This document shows positions 35,001 through 49,645 of a stretch of DNA of 64,000 bases, piece by piece (position 1 is the first letter of the stretch; each line of letters starts with the position of its first letter). The notes below the pieces were generated by a model that worked only from the letters and a program-made list of their open reading frames with translations, made no database searches and was not told the origin of the DNA. The DNA comes from Chiloscyllium plagiosum. Lineage: Eukaryota. The stretch is from contig NC_057718.1 of the NCBI RefSeq assembly GCF_004010195.1, positions 97,575,300-97,639,299 of the forward strand. The letters are read 5' to 3'. The position numbers and the translations under genes are program-made.

Positions 35001-37751
35001 CGCTGTGAGGCAGCAGTGCTAACCACTGAGCCACCGTGCCATCTGCTCATTGCTTGTTTGTCAAAGTGCACATTCTGAAAACCAGAAACGCTCTTGAGAC
35101 GCAAAACAAAAAGCTGGAGAAACTCGGCAAGTCTGCTAGCATCTGTGGAGACAAGACATAATTAACAGTGTCCTTTGTTTGAACTGATAGCATCACTGAA
35201 AAAGTGCTATTGTTGTTGATAACAGAGGGTGGGGGGGACAAAGATTTGAGTGGATAGGTGTATACAGAGGCCGGAAAGAGAGGGAGAAAAAGTAGCCAGA
35301 AAAAGAGATGGTTGATAGTTAGTCAGGGAAGAAGATGAAACTAGATGGGTGGTAATGGGGACAATGAGTGGGTGAAAATGGGTTGGCTGTGCTGGAAGAC
35401 ACTGAGATAAGTACATGAAAAGGAAAGGTTTGGAGGGATATGGGCCAGGAGCAGGCAGGTGGGACTAATTTAGTTTGGGATTATGTTCGACATGGACTGG
35501 TTGGACCAAAGGGTCTGATTCCATTCTGTTTAACTCTAGGACTCCCTGTCATGACCAGGCCTAGAGTGTAGTGATGAGGAAAGAACATGGAAGAAGGTGT
35601 TCAGGCCCTAACATTATTGACCTCAACATTGAGTCACGGCATGGTGGCTCAGTGAATAGCACTGCTTCCCTCACAGCGCCAGGGACCCAGGTTTGATTCC
35701 AGCCTTGGGTGACTGTGTCTCCTCATGGGCTGTGTGGGTTTCCTCCGGGTGCACCAGTTTCTTCCCACAGTTCAAAGATGTGCAGGTTAGAGTGGATTGG
35801 CCATACTAAATTGCCCAAAGTGTGCAGGGATGTGCAGGTTAGGTGGGTTAGCCATGGGAAATGCAGGGTTCCAGGGATAGTGTAGTGGGGTGGGATGCCC
35901 CTCAGGGGTTCCGTGTGAACTTGTTGGGCCAAATGGCCTTTTTCCACACTGTAGGAATTCTATGGTTCTATCCTGAGAAGCACTGTTCTCATGTGCCTCA
36001 CAGCCTTCTTGAAGTCTTCAGGACTCATAGAAATTGTAGGGTAACTGTCAAGCTTAGTGTGGTGCTGGAAAAGCACAGCAGCTCAAGCAGCATCCGAGGA
36101 GCAGGAAAATCGACGTATCAGGCAGGAGCCCTTCATCAGGAACTGTCATTTCCAAACTGTCGGAATTCTATGAGTCCTGAAGACTTCAGGTAGGACTTGA
36201 GGTACATGGCAACAGTGCTTATCAGGATAGAGTCATGGAATCTCTTCAGGGTGGGAACAGGCCATTTGGCCCAACAAGTCCACACTAACCCACCCAGACC
36301 CATTCCCCTGACTAATGCACCTAACCTACACATTCCCCGAATACAATGGGCAATTTAGCACAGTCAACTCACCTAATCTGCACATATTTGGATTGTGGGA
36401 GGAAACCAGAGCCCCCGGAAGAAACTCACCCAGACACAGGGAGAATGTGCAAACTCCACACAGACAGTCGCCCAAGGGTGGAATTGAAACCAGGTCCCTG
36501 GCACTGTGAGGCAACATGCTAACCACAGAGCCACCACGCCGCCCATGTGTAAATGTTGCAGCGAATTCATTTTTAATTTCAGTTTTATGGTCTACCGTTT
36601 TCTCAACAACCGTTGTCAGCAATTTTCAGTCATGTTGTATATCCTGAAGTTAATTATTCCTTTGGCGTATATTATTAAAGGCTGCTTAGACAAAATATGT
36701 CCCAGGAAATTATGACTTTACGTGACCAGATCCCTCTTGGGATATCTTCACAGTTTAAAATACGTCTGAGGCTGGTTTGCCATTGTATATTTGCAGTGCA
36801 TTCAGCAAGATGTGGAATATAGTTCCTCTCATTATAAATTGCAGAAATATCAAAGCAGAGTGTAATGCACCAGACAGTAAAATAGATAAGTTGCCAAGAT
36901 TAAAGCAAAAGGCATTTGCCTTCTGCTGCATGAATTAGCTGCATAGCTTAGTTAAACCAATCACAGATAAACATTTGGCAGAGTTCTGTACACTGTTTGC
37001 ACTATGAGATCAAATGCAGGCAACAGACTTGGACACAATTTACATTGTCCTGTCCTGTAGCTGGTAACAAGTAAAGGACATCCAACCATGTTTTACAAAG
37101 TCCAAAGCCTTTCCACTTTTATTTCGATGGGAATAACAACAACTTGCATTTACGGCATGTCTTCAACAGGACAGATAGCCCAAAGACCTTTACAGATGCG
37201 TAAGCGTACAGACTTGGAATGGAAGACAAGGTTCAGGGGCGAATGTGTGAAGGGCTCAAAGGAAGGGCTTTTAAATAGAGAAATAGACGAGGGAGTGGAG
37301 GTGAGGCTGGGAGGCAGTTCCAATGTGCAGGATCTGATGAGTTGAAGTCAGCGCAGCCTGTGGACCCTCCCAAAGGAAGAGTCTTTGAGCTGACTCTGCC
37401 ATGTCCCTCCCTTACAATGTGTTCAAAAAATCTCCACCGCTCCAGCCCCAGGCACATATCCCTCTCAAGTTTCTCTTATAACTCCCTTTCATAAAACTAT
37501 TCCTTTGAGCAAACTTTTGCAGCTTCATTGTCAAAGCTCATCTTGTCCATCACATCCAACTCCTGTTCCCTTCACTGTATTCCCAGCGAGCTGCTGGTTC
37601 TGGATCCCCATGTTAACCAATGTTGGTGGCCATTCTGTCCCAATTACGATTGCCGTTGCGCGTTTCCACAAACCGGCCCGCTGTCCTCGTGAGGTACTGC
37701 CACTTCTGAATCTCCTTTCCTTCTCAAAACTTTGGGATGTGAAGTCATGCC

Positions 37752-37987
37752 TGAAACAGCTCCACAGAGGCCGGTATACCGTCACCAAGTCACCCTTTAT
37801 TTAGGCGGGCGTAGTACCTGACGCTGATCCAGCTGGCACAGAGCCAGCTCTCAGAACCAGCAGAACCTTTGACCCTCCTGTTTCTGTCTGTCAGCTGGGG
37901 TTCCCCGTATGGAACAGGTTAACAGCCCCAATCGGGGAACTCAGGTTCTATGAGGTCCACCTGGCTGACCTCATTACAATCACTACA
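37752..37987 (-). mobile_element. Solo LTR (probably Gypsy-type)
   Basis: The minus strand runs TGTAGTGATTGTAATG...AATAAAGGGTGACTTGG...GTTTCA: TG..CA termini with a poly(A) signal near the 3' end. No clean TSD. Confidence 0.6.
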
Positions 37988-39278
37988 ACCCCACTCCCAA
38001 AGAGTATATGCCGAAAGAGTGTTGTGGTACAGAATGTGTTTTTAAGAGAAAATGTTTTTAAGTACCATGCACAGCAAGTTCCTTTTCCTATCATCTCTAA
38101 GCTCACTCACCAACATTAGAGCAGGGTCAAGCAACACCTTGATTGTAAAATCCGCCTCTTGCTTTCAAATCTCTCAGCGGGCCTCTCCAATGACCCCCAT
38201 CCCCAACAGATTTTCCAGCTTGCAGGCTGTGCCCAAAGGTCAGTTTGCCCGAGTTCAGTAAGTCCTCCCGACTCTGCTCTCTATCTTTACAATGTCGTCA
38301 CATTTATCATGAGCAGGTAGTACAGATACATCTCTGAGCATCGAACTGTGAATTAATGCAGCTCCAATAACACTCAAGAAGCTTGATACCATCCAGGACA
38401 AAGCAAAATTGTGAGTGGCACAGTGGCTCAGTGGTTAGCACTGCTGCCTCATAGGGCCAGGGATCTGGGTTCGATGCCCACCTTGGGTGGTTGTCTGTGT
38501 GGAGTTTGCACATTATCTGTGTCTGTTTCCTCCCGCAGTCCAAAGATGTGCAAGTTAGGTGAATTGGCCATGCTAAATTCTCCCATAGTGATAGGTGCAT
38601 TAGTCAGGGGTTAAATATAGTGTAGAAGAGTGGGTCAGTGTGGACTTGTTGGACAAAGGGCCTGTTTCCATACTGTAGGGAACCTAATTTAATCAAAATT
38701 GCTGTCACATCAACAAGCATTTTGCTTAGTCGCAGCAGTGTGTACTATCTACAAAATGCACTGCATAAGTTCATCAAAGATCCTTCAACAGCATCTTCCA
38801 AGCCCACATCCACTTCCACCTAGAAGGATAGCAGTAACAAAGGCTACAGACCAGGAAGTCATGTCCAACCTTGATAATAGATTGATTTAATCATGACTGG
38901 AGTAATGTGTCTGGTTCAGGGCACCACACTTTCGGAAGGAGGATGGGATAAAGAGAGGGGGCGCTGCTGGGGGAGAATGACTAAACCGACAGCCCTTCCA
39001 TAGAGTCAGTTGAATGGCTTCTCCTCCATGGCTGTACGATTCCTCAACAAAGCCACAGTAAGAGGCGGACAGGAACCCAGAAGGCTCACATGATGTTGGA
39101 GTACTGACATAAGGATGTGGGATTAAGCTCAGGAACTGTGAATCAGCGGCGACTGGTCGAGTGGCCGATTTTGGAGGCCATGGAAGAGAATCAGAGAGAG
39201 AGAGAGAGACAGTAAATGGAATGCCTTGATGGCAGTCACACAAAGTTCAATCGCCAACACTATAGCAGAAACTCCGAC

Positions 39279-39718
39279 AAGGGTATTGCCAGGGTTGGAG
39301 GGTTTGAATTATAGGGAGAGGCAGAAGAGACTGGGGCTGTTTTCCCTGGAGCGTCAGAGATTGAGGGGTGACCTTAAAGAGGTTTCTCAAATCATGGATA
39401 GGATAAATAGCTGAGGTCCTTTTCCCATGTGGGCAAGTCCAGAACTAGAGGGCATAGGTTTAGGGTGGGAGGGGAAAGATATAAAAGAGACCTTAGGGGC
39501 ATCCTTTTCACACAGAGGGCGGTGAGTGTATGGAATGAGCTGCCAGAGGAAGTGCTGGAGGCTGGTACAATTGCAACATTGAAAAGGCATCTGGATGGGT
39601 ATATGAATAAGAAGGGTTTAGAGGGATATGGGCCAAGAGCTGGCAAATGGATATCTGGTCAGCATGGGCAGGTTAGCCCGAAGGGTCTGTTCCACTCTGT
39701 ACATCCCTATGACTCTCT
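39279..39718 (+). mobile_element. CR1/HER1 LINE 3' end
   Basis: RLGLFSLERQRLRGDL and RTRGHRFRV...VWNELPEEV translations. Confidence 0.9.
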
Positions 39719-40432
39719 GACTTAAAATAGACAGACATTGTCCCTGAGCCAGAGGGCTGTGGGTGTGAGTCTCACCGCATGGAGGCTGATGCTTTTGTAT
39801 TTTCTTGTCAGAGGAATTGATTTTCAAATGAGAAATTGCAAATAAGGACAGAACTATAAAAGGGTCACTGGACATGAAACGTCAACTCTGATTTCTCTCC
39901 ACAGGTGCTGCCCAACCTGCTGAGCTTCTCTGGCAATTTCTGTTCTTGTTTCAGATTTCCAGCGTCCACGGTTCACTTGTTTTTTTTTTGACTTTCAAAT
40001 GAGATGTTGAATTGAGTTTCTGTCAGCCTCTCAGATCAATGTGAAAGATCCTATGGCACGATTGCAAAGAAATCCAGAGGAGTTGTGTCTGGGCAATATT
40101 TATCTTTCAATCAACATCATAAGAAAGCAGATTATCTCTCCATTATTGTGTTGTTGTTTCTCAGAGCTTGCTGTGTGCAAATTAGCTGTCGCTTTTCCTA
40201 CATTGACAGTGCTTCAATTGGATGTAAAGTGCTTTGGATATGCTACAGTCTGGACGCGTCTATTATTGAAGCAGGTTTTTTGTTAACACTCTTGCACCAT
40301 TTGTATGAAAATGCTTTCAGATTAAAAGCTCACGAAAGTGGTCATTTGTGGGACTGACCTTGCAAAGCTCGAAACACAGTGCATTTTATCAACAGCATTT
40401 TTAAAACAATTATTGTTGGCCTGTACTTACAG

Positions 40433-40529
40433 GGGACTGCTGGATGTGAAGCGAGTGCTACAGAAGAAATGTCCAACCTGGTTACCTACATACAGCCAGT
40501 GAAGTTTGAGTCCTTCGAGATTGCTAAGA
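40433..40529 (+). CDS. PLCB1: Phospholipase C beta exon, linker end and start of Y box
   Basis: tacttacag / gtgagt. Encodes [32 protein letters not shown]. Confidence 0.95.
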
Positions 40530-41774
40530 GTGAGTGACTTTTTATCCGGCAGGTTACACTTTGCAGAGTATCCTGAATTGCTTCCATAGTCTTGACGCCA
40601 CTGAGTTCATGCAATAAAGAGAGACACTTCTTCATCCAGAAAGTGTTCAATGCACTGTCACAAGGAACATCCTTGTGATGAAACCACGGCCTTCCCCCTT
40701 CCACTGTAATTTCCTCCAGGTCCTTCAACAATATCTGCCCTCCTCTGTGAAAGGACTTGAATCCAGGCAGTATCAGCAGATCTTTGTTATTCCAGTCAAG
40801 AATCATGTTTGGAAGTGTACAATGCCTTCAGAAACAGCCATTATGAAAATAGTTGTGAGGTTAGAGATGATAAAATAATGCTAGACTGACAGCATATCGT
40901 TCTAAACGTCTTGCCTGAACCCGGATGAGGAGAATCAATCAGATGCAGTTCAATTTCCTATTTGGGGGATACTTTGATATTTAATAGACAAGCGTATTCT
41001 TTAAACAAGTGCCGAACTCCTTATCGACTAAAGCTGCCTTGCAAATCAAACTTTATTCCCCTTGATCTGAAACATGTGCACTCTTAGTCAGCGAGGACAA
41101 AGAAACATACACAAAGATAAGAGCAGGGGAAACCCTGTGGTTCAAGAAACCAGACTGAAAGGGTAGAGAAAGGTGACTTTCTCACAGTGCCTTCGGTTTT
41201 TTTTGTCAGTGAGCGCCTGTTGAGGAACAATGGAAAACCTGCAGAGCAAATTCAGATGAGGAACAGTTGGGAACTTTGATATTTGAAACTTTACCCTTGT
41301 TTTCCAAAGCAACTTCATTGCGAGAGATATGGGGAGGGCTGCATTTGGCTTCAAGCTGACTCTTAAACAGACAAACAGAGGCAAGTAATGCAGATTTTCA
41401 CATGTCTCCAACAACTGCCTACAGCTTCTAAGTGTGTACTGAAGAAAGAGAATCCATTACCTCATTCCAGAGGCTGTTGCTACGCGACAGCAGAGTAGAT
41501 CCATTTGGGTTTTTCAGGTCTGTATTCAATAATTAAAACCAGGGGGTTGCACCCCTCACTCTCTCTAAAGCTTTGCTGAACACTGTTTTCCAAAGCCGCT
41601 AGTTCCTTTTGCGAATAGCCTAAAATTTCCTTAAACCTCTGGCTTTCCCATTCCAAGCAATCACACAGTTAATCCTTTGCAACCCAGTACTGACCAAATG
41701 TTTTCCACTTCTCATAATCCACCAATAAAATGAAAAGATAGGATGGTTGGATATTCCTACAGCTTAGGGAGATC

Positions 41775-41978
41775 AAGTCACAATAGTCATACCAGATCAT
41801 AGGGCTGTTCTCTCATCAAGGAGAGACGACTGGTGGGAGTTTAAGCTGAGGGTCAACACACCTCAGGCGAGGGGAGAGAGGTTGTGAAGGAGGGATCTTC
41901 CCAGCCAGTGCAGGAATTGAACCCATGCCATTGGCATCACTCTACATTGCATACCAGCCAGCTGAGCTAACTGCCCCC
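41775..41978 (-). mobile_element. tRNA-derived SINE (same family as 17097 and the SINE inside the 483-bp repeats)
   Basis: Minus-strand head GGGGGCAGTTAGCTCAGCTGG (box A) and GGTTCAATTCC (box B). Confidence 0.75.
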
Positions 41979-44154
41979 TAAGCTTAACTGAGAAGCTGCA
42001 TCGTCAGAGTGAGTGGTTATTTTTACTTGCTGTATGCTTGCAATTAATTTTGAGAAGCTGACAGTACTGACTGGTGATGGTCCATGGTGAGAAAATATTT
42101 GGATTGCTGTCTATATCCTTATAGATAAGCATATTGCTGACAAGTCTACAAAGGGTTTTATCTTGTGAGATCTATTCTGCAAAAAGAGCCTCTCTCATTA
42201 GTAAGGGACATGTGTAAATGTTACATGATTTGACCCTTCTTTGTAAACAAGTGCAATCTTCAATGAGTCGACGTGATAAAATGATCCATTTGAACTCTTC
42301 TGAAATACTTACAGTCAGGTAGTCTGACTATAAATAGTACCCATTATATTGGCTATCCCTTCTGGGTGAGTTGGCTTTTAAGCATTTCCTTCTCCATCTC
42401 TACTGGACCAGGAATGCTCGGGTCAAATATATTGAGCCTTTGAGTCTCACTAGCCTCAGGGCGAAGATTAGCCAAGGATAATTGGAGGCTCTGCAATGCC
42501 AGACCTGTGACTGCTGACAAGAGACAATGAGCCACAGTTTCCAAGGATCCTTTATTGGGAATTGGATAGGATCGCCATGCTTTTCGGACTTTAGAGCATG
42601 TGATTTATGAGGCAACATAAAGAGTTTTAAATTCTCAGGCTTGGCTGACTTTTTAATGTTGTAGACAAATTTGCCTTCTACAGTCACGCAACATCAGCAA
42701 TATTAGTAACTCACAGTAGACAGAGGATTGCTGTTTGCCACACATTCATTTGAATCATTTTTTGGGAACTGTCAGGTTAATGATGAAGTTTGGTTTTGTT
42801 GAGATTTTTGAACATAACAGCACAGTGGTTATGTTACTGGGCTAGCTACCCTAGACCGATACATCAGAAGCTTCAGTCTCACAGGAATTCAATTAATTCA
42901 ATAAATTTCTCATAAAATGCTTGCCTAATGGAGGGGACCGTATAACTGGCAGATTGACATTAAAAACTCAACAGCTAATGCTCTTAAGAGATGCAAATCT
43001 GCAGTCATAGATCATAGAATCCCTACATTGTGGAAGCAGTTCATTCAGCCCAGCGAGTCCACACTTACCTTCCGAACAGCTTCCCACTCAATTTATAATC
43101 CACCGAGCCTGCATATCCCTGGAGACTGTGGGCAATATGGCATGGCCAATTCACCCTAATCTGCACATCTTTGGACTGTGGGAGGAAACCCACGCAGACA
43201 CAGGGAGAATGTGCAAACTCCACACAGACAGTTGCCCGAGGCTGGAATCGAACCCAGGTCCCTGGCGCTGCGAGGCAGCAGTGCTAACCACTGAGCCACC
43301 GTGCTCCCAGTCTGGCCCCACCTTTGTGACTGCGGACCCACAGCAGACCCTGAAGTGCCCAGAGTGAAGACATTCTCTTGTGTTCATGAAGATAGCTCAC
43401 CTCCACCTTCTCGCAGGGTAATTAGGGATAGGAAATGGAGCTGGCTGTGCCATCCTGAGAAAACATTTGTCATTAAACAATTTTCAATTCCTCTTCCGTA
43501 CCTGGCTCATGTTGAAGTTTAGGCCCAACAAGTCCACACCGACCCTCCAAAGAGCAACCCACCCAGACCCATTCCCCTACATTTACCCCTTCACCTAACA
43601 CTATGGGCAATTTAGCATGGCCAATTCACCTAACCTGCACATTTTTGGACTGTGGGAGGAAACCGGAGCACCCGGAGGAAACTCATACAGACAATGTGCA
43701 AACTCCACACAGACAGTTGCCTGAGGTGGGAATTGAACCCAGGTCTCTGGTGCTGTGAGGCAGTAGTGCTAACCACTGAGCCACCGTGCCACCCGGGCAA
43801 ACAGACAGAGAGAGAGAGAGAGGCAGCTCTCGAAGGTTCCTCTGAATTCCTGGAGAAACTGCATATTCAGATCCATTAGCGAGCAAGATTTCTCTGTTCC
43901 TGGATTAGTCATGTTAAGGCTGAGGCTCATTATCCAGATGCAAGTTCATGACCCAGCAAAACCTGGATAATATCCAGATTTGAGGTGACAAGTGCCAGGC
44001 AATCACCATCTCCAACAAGAGAGGATCTAACCATCGGCCGTTGACATTTATCACGAGGATATAAGGGCCAGGAGCAGGAATACACCCATGGATCCTACCA
44101 TGACCCTGAATTCCTTTACTGTTCGAAATATTATCTATCTTAGCATTTGTTTTT

Positions 44155-47100
44155 GTAAATATTTTTATTGAGAAAAAGATTTTGAATTTTTCACAATATT
44201 ATAAAATAACTACAAAATATTACAATCTTGTAATATAACAACAATAACAGTAAACAAACTACTACTCTACTCCACAAACAAGTGAGAAGAAAACCTACAA
44301 TCCAATAAATAACTAAATCAAAAAAAGAAATTAAATTCCTCTATGACTCTATGACTCTAAACCAAGTTGAACCAAGGCAAGCGAAATGAAGTTACAACAC
44401 TCAGCGCAATCCGACCAAAGCTCCCCATCACCGGGAGCGTCAGTTAGCAAACTCATATTTATTCCTTCCAATGGCCCCCGGCCCACCAAGCCCCTGACCA
44501 TGAGCTAGATGTCGGAAAATCCCCCAGGATTCTCAGGGTGGCATAGATTAGTTATGGAGCACATCTGCTTAGACTTCCTCATAAGTATGGTGCACCAGAC
44601 ATAAAAAGCCTTTCTGAAATATATAGCCGACAAGTCGGTGTCTATATATTTCAGAAAGGGTCGCCATGTCCTATAAAACAGTTCCGTTTTCTGGTGCACC
44701 ATACTCGTGAGGAAGTCCAAGCAGATGTGCTCCATAACTAATCTACGCCACCCTGAGAATCCTGGGGGATTTTCCGTCATCCAGCTCATCAGGATGTTCT
44801 TCCTCGTACAAAGTGAAAGAATATTAAACAGTTTCATCCCAGGTGCATCCAAAGAGGGGAGATTCAGCAAACCCAAGAGGAGGGACATCGGAGCTACCTT
44901 GACCTCGGTTCCTAACATCCCTTCAGAGACACTCGCTATCCCGCCCCAATATCTCCGAAGCTTGAGGCATGACCATAAGCAACGAATAATTGTACCAACA
45001 TCTGTTTTACGTTTGGGGACGCTCCTGTCTTAAATTTCGCAAGCCGCTCTGGTGCCAAGTAAGCCCTGTGGAGTACCTTCAGTTGCATAACCTGCGTCCT
45101 ATTGCAAATCGAAATCCTCCTTACGTTCTCCCAAATATCCTCCCACGCCTCTGACGAGATCTCCATCCCCCCAATTCCAGAATCCAGATTCCGCACACGC
45201 TCAATGTCCTTTGAGACACTACCTCCTAATAAATGATAGAGGGTGCTGACCGAGAGAGTACCCATGGATCGAAGTACTCTCCACATCCGACTTACAGGGA
45301 CTAACCATTAATGTAGACTCTTTCTGTATAAAGTCCTGAATCTGAAAATAATGAAAGAAGTCTCTTCCAGATAGTTCATATTTCTGGCTCAGCTGCTCGA
45401 AAGACATCATGACCTCCCCGTTAAATGAATCTCCCAAACAAGAGACTCCTCTGGACTCCCAGAGCCTAAAGCCAGAATCCATCGATCCCGGCCGGAATCC
45501 TAACATTCCTGCCATGGGAGTGAAAGGGGAAGGATTTTGTAAGTTGCCCTCACCTTATCACATCATTCTCCATGCTTTAACCGTGTTAAGGACAATCAGG
45601 TTTCTGCAATGGTCCATAACAGTCCTCATCTTGTCCATAAACAACAAATTAATGAGGGGGCACTTCGCCTGGGAGGCCTCGATCTCCAGCCAGATTGACC
45701 GCGGGTCCTGGCAAGCCCAGTCAGTCACAGAGGATAGTTGAGAACTTATAGAGTCATAGAGTCATAGAAATGTACAGCACGGAAACAGACCCACTGGTCC
45801 AACCCGTCCATGCTGATCAGATATCCCAACCCAATCTAGTCCCACCTCCCAGCACCCGGCCCGTATCCCTCCAAACCCTTCCTATTCATATACCCATCCA
45901 GATGCCCTTTAAATGTTGCAATTGTACCAGCCTCCACCACGTCCTCTGGCAGCTCATTCCATACACGTACCACCCTCTGAGTAAAAACGTTGTCCCTTAG
46001 GTCTCTTTTATATCTTTCCCCTCTCACCCTAAACCTATGCCCTCTAGTTCTGGACTCCCCCACCCCTAGGAAAAGACCTTGTCTATTTTCCCTATCCATA
46101 CCCCTCATGATTTTATAAACCTCTATAAGGTCACCCCCTCAGCGTCCGATGCTCCAGGGAAAACTGCCCCAGCCTATTCAACTTCTCCCCATAGCTCAAA
46201 TCCTCCAACCCTGGCAATATCCTTGTAAATTTTTTCTGAACCCTTTCAAGTTTCACAACATCTTTCCTCTACCTGTGACTCCACTTTCAAGGAGCTATGA
46301 ACCTGCACTCCAAGGTCTCTTTGTTCAGCAACACTCCCTGGGACCTTACCATTAAGTGTATAAGTCCTGCTAAGATTTGCTTTCCCAAAATGCAGCACCT
46401 CGCATTTATCTAAATTAAACTCCATCTGCCACGTCTCAGCCCATTGGCCCTTTTGATTAAGATCCTGTTGTAATCTGAGGTAACCTTCTTTGCTGTCCAC
46501 TACACCTTCAATTTTGCTGTCATCTGCAAACTTGCCCCTTATGCTCATATTCAAATCATTTATATAAATGTCGAAAAGTACTGGACCCAACACCGATCCT
46601 TGTGGCACTCCACTGGTCACAGGCCTCCAGTCTGAAAAACAACCCTTCACCACCACCCTCTGTCTTCTACCTTTGAATTTAACCCCCCATCCCCTGGGGA
46701 AGCTGCAATTTGACAAGCTTATTAAGAAGCTGTCTATGATGCCAGATGAAAGATCCAAGCCAACTGTAAAACCTCCAAAGCGCTTGCCCAGGCAGCATCA
46801 AAGGGAGCATTCACATGGGATATAACAAACGAGGAAGAACATTCATTTTGACCAGAGCTATTCTACCCAACCAGGATATCGGAAGATCTTCCCAGCACTG
46901 AAGGCCCTGTCTTATCTTCTCTAGCAACTGCACAAAGTTAGTGTTATATAATTGATGGAAGGCCATGGTGATAAAAATGCCGAAATACAGGAAACCTCCC
47001 TGTGTCCACCCGAAAGGGAAACGGGTTCCACCCCCAAGGTCGGGTACTCTGACAAGACCCCCCACAGGCATGGCCTCCGACTTCATAATATTGATTTTAC

Positions 47101-47570
47101 AACCTGAGAAAGATCCAGATAGCTTAGTCACTTGTATTAAACAAGGCACAGGTATTGTTGGGTTCATTAGAAAGAGAAGATCATCATCTGCATAAAAGGG
47201 TGATCTTATGCCCTCCTGATCCCACCTCCAGGGCAATTATATTGGGGACCCTCTGGATGGCCTCTGTCAACGGCTCTATCACCGATGTAAACAGCAATGG
47301 TGAAAGGGGGCATTCCTTGTCGGCTGCCTCTAACAATACTAAAATTGTCAGGCCTTAGACCATTAGTGAGAACCGCTGCTTTAGGGTCACTGTATAACAC
47401 TGCCACCCACCTGGCAAAGACCCTTCCAAGACCAAACCGCTCCAGGACATAAAGGAGGTACGGCCTACTCCACCTCGTCAAGCACTTTCTCTGCATCCAG
47501 GGAGACTACCAAGCCTGGAATCGACCCTTGCTGGCATACCTGGACCATATTTAGTATTCTTCTAATATTA
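44155..47570 (-). mobile_element. 5'-truncated L1-clade LINE, degraded ORF2 (RT to C-terminus) and 3' UTR
   Basis: Fragments YLLYVLERFGLG..., RGSRQG, YADD, WEDLPISWLGRIALVKMNVLPRLLY, WEDIWENVRRISIC...KVLHRAYLAP, with frameshifts and stops. Confidence 0.92.
45747..46675 (-). mobile_element. CR1/HER1 LINE nested in the L1
   Basis: [20 protein letters not shown] and a TCTATGAC tail. L1 ORF2 continues on both sides. Confidence 0.92.
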
Positions 47571-47574
47571 TCTA

Positions 47575-49645
47575 TCTTTACCTTAAAAAAAAGTCAGTGA
47601 GGTAGCCTCAACTGCTTCCCTGGGCAGGGAATTCCACAGATTCACAACCCCCTGGGGGAAGAAGTTCCTCCTCAGCTCAGCCCTAAATCTGCTCCCCCCC
47701 TTATTTTGAGGCTATGCCCATGAGTTCTAGCTTCACCTGCCAGTGGAAAAAAACCTCCCTATTTCTATCAAATCTATTTCCTTCATAATTTTATGTGTTT
47801 TTAATGTAACTTTTATGAGATCACCCCTCATTCTTCTTCATTCCAGTGAATGTAATCCCAGTCCACTCTGTTTCTCCTCATAAGCCAACCCTCTCAGCTC
47901 CAGAATCAATCACATGAGCCTCCTGTGCACCCCCTCCAGTGCCAGTACATCCTTTCTCAAGTAAGGAGACCAAAACCGCACACAGTACTCCCAGTTGTCG
48001 CCTCACCAGCACACTATACAGCTGCAGCATAACCTCCCTATCTTTTAACTCAGTCCCTTTAGCAATGAAGGACAAAATTCCATTTGCCTTATTCATTACC
48101 TGTTGTACCTGCAGACCAACCTTCATGCACAAGGACACCCCAGTCCCTCTGCACAGCAATATGCTGCAATTTTTTTTAGTGTTCACATAAAAGCCCTTTT
48201 TACTGTTATTCCTACCGAAGTGGATGACTTCACATTCATGAATCTGTCAGACCTTTGCCCACTCTCTTAAACCATCTATATCCCTCTGCAATCTGAGTCC
48301 TCTGCACACACTGTGCTCTGCCACTCATCTTAGTGGCATTTCCATCACTGAATCCACCATTATCAACATCCTGGGAGTTAGCACTGACCAGAAACTGAAC
48401 TGGCCTGGACATTTTAAACACTGCGGCTACAAGAGCAGGTCAGACGCGGGGAATCCTGTGGCGGCTAGCTTAGCTCCTGACTCTGCAAAGCCTGTCCACC
48501 ATCCACCAGGCACAAGTCAGGTGTGTGACACTTGCCTGGCTGGGCTCCAACAACACTCATGAAGCTGAAGGAGGTTATAACTGGGCACTCGGAAACACAC
48601 AAGGGAATTGGAGAGGGTCAGCATATTTTGCGAAACAGAAATGTTTCACCAATTTATTGGAATTCTTTGAGTGTGTGGCATGCAGTGTGGACAAAGGGAA
48701 GCCCATTGATGTATGATACTTGGATTTGAGAAGGCTCTACTTCTACATAAATAGGTTATTGCACAAGGGAGGAGTTCATGGTGTGAGGGCTAACATACTA
48801 ACGTGGACAGACAATTTGCCGACTGGCAATATCACAATGAAAGCCTCCTTGTAGATTGTGATGGGGTGAATGGGGATGTTAGACAGGGATCTGCACTGGA
48901 GCTTGTTGACTTTTTGCCATTTATAGCAATGACTTAAGCGAGGGGAGTGAAGGTGTGGTGGGCTGAACTTGCAGATAGCACATGAGTAGGTCAGGTATGT
49001 TGTGAAGTTGACATTACAGTGATGAAGATCGGTTTAGTCAAAACAGAGTTTTGCAACAACTGTAACAAGGAGCCCATCGGAAAAGATACTGAAGTCTTGT
49101 TGAAATGCTCCTGGGGTAATTATTGATGGAGGACATTGAGGTATGTTTTATTCTTACATTTTTGTGACATTGTTATATTTGTTCCCAGGATGGCATACGA
49201 GGAGAGACTGGATCGGCTGGGCTTGTACTCATGGAATTGAGAAGAATGAGGGGGGAGTTGCACAGAAACATATAAAATCCTGCTGGGACTGGACAGGCTA
49301 GATGCAGGAAGAATGTTCCCAATGCTAGGGAAGTCCAGAACTCGGGGTCACCGTGTAACAATAAGGGGTAGGCCATCCAAGACTGAGATGGGGAAGAATG
49401 TCTTCACTCAGAGAGTTGTGAACCTGTGGAATTCTCTCCTACAGGAAGCTGTTGGGGCCAGTTTGTTGGATAGATTCAGGAGGGAGCTGGACATGACCCT
49501 TGTAGCTAAAGGGATCAAGGGGTATGGGGAGAAAGGAATGGGCTACTGAGATTGCACGATTAGCTGTGATCATATTGAATGGTGGGGCAGGCTGGAAGGG
49601 CCAAATGGCCTACTACTGCACCTATTTTCTACATTTCTATGTTTC
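47575..49645. mobile_element. Cluster of older CR1-type LINE fragments (47575-48330 minus; 48590-49645 plus)
   Basis: KANGILSFIAKG...EVMLQLY, CFTNLLEFFE, RTRGHRVTIRG...QRVVNLWNSL. Confidence 0.8.
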
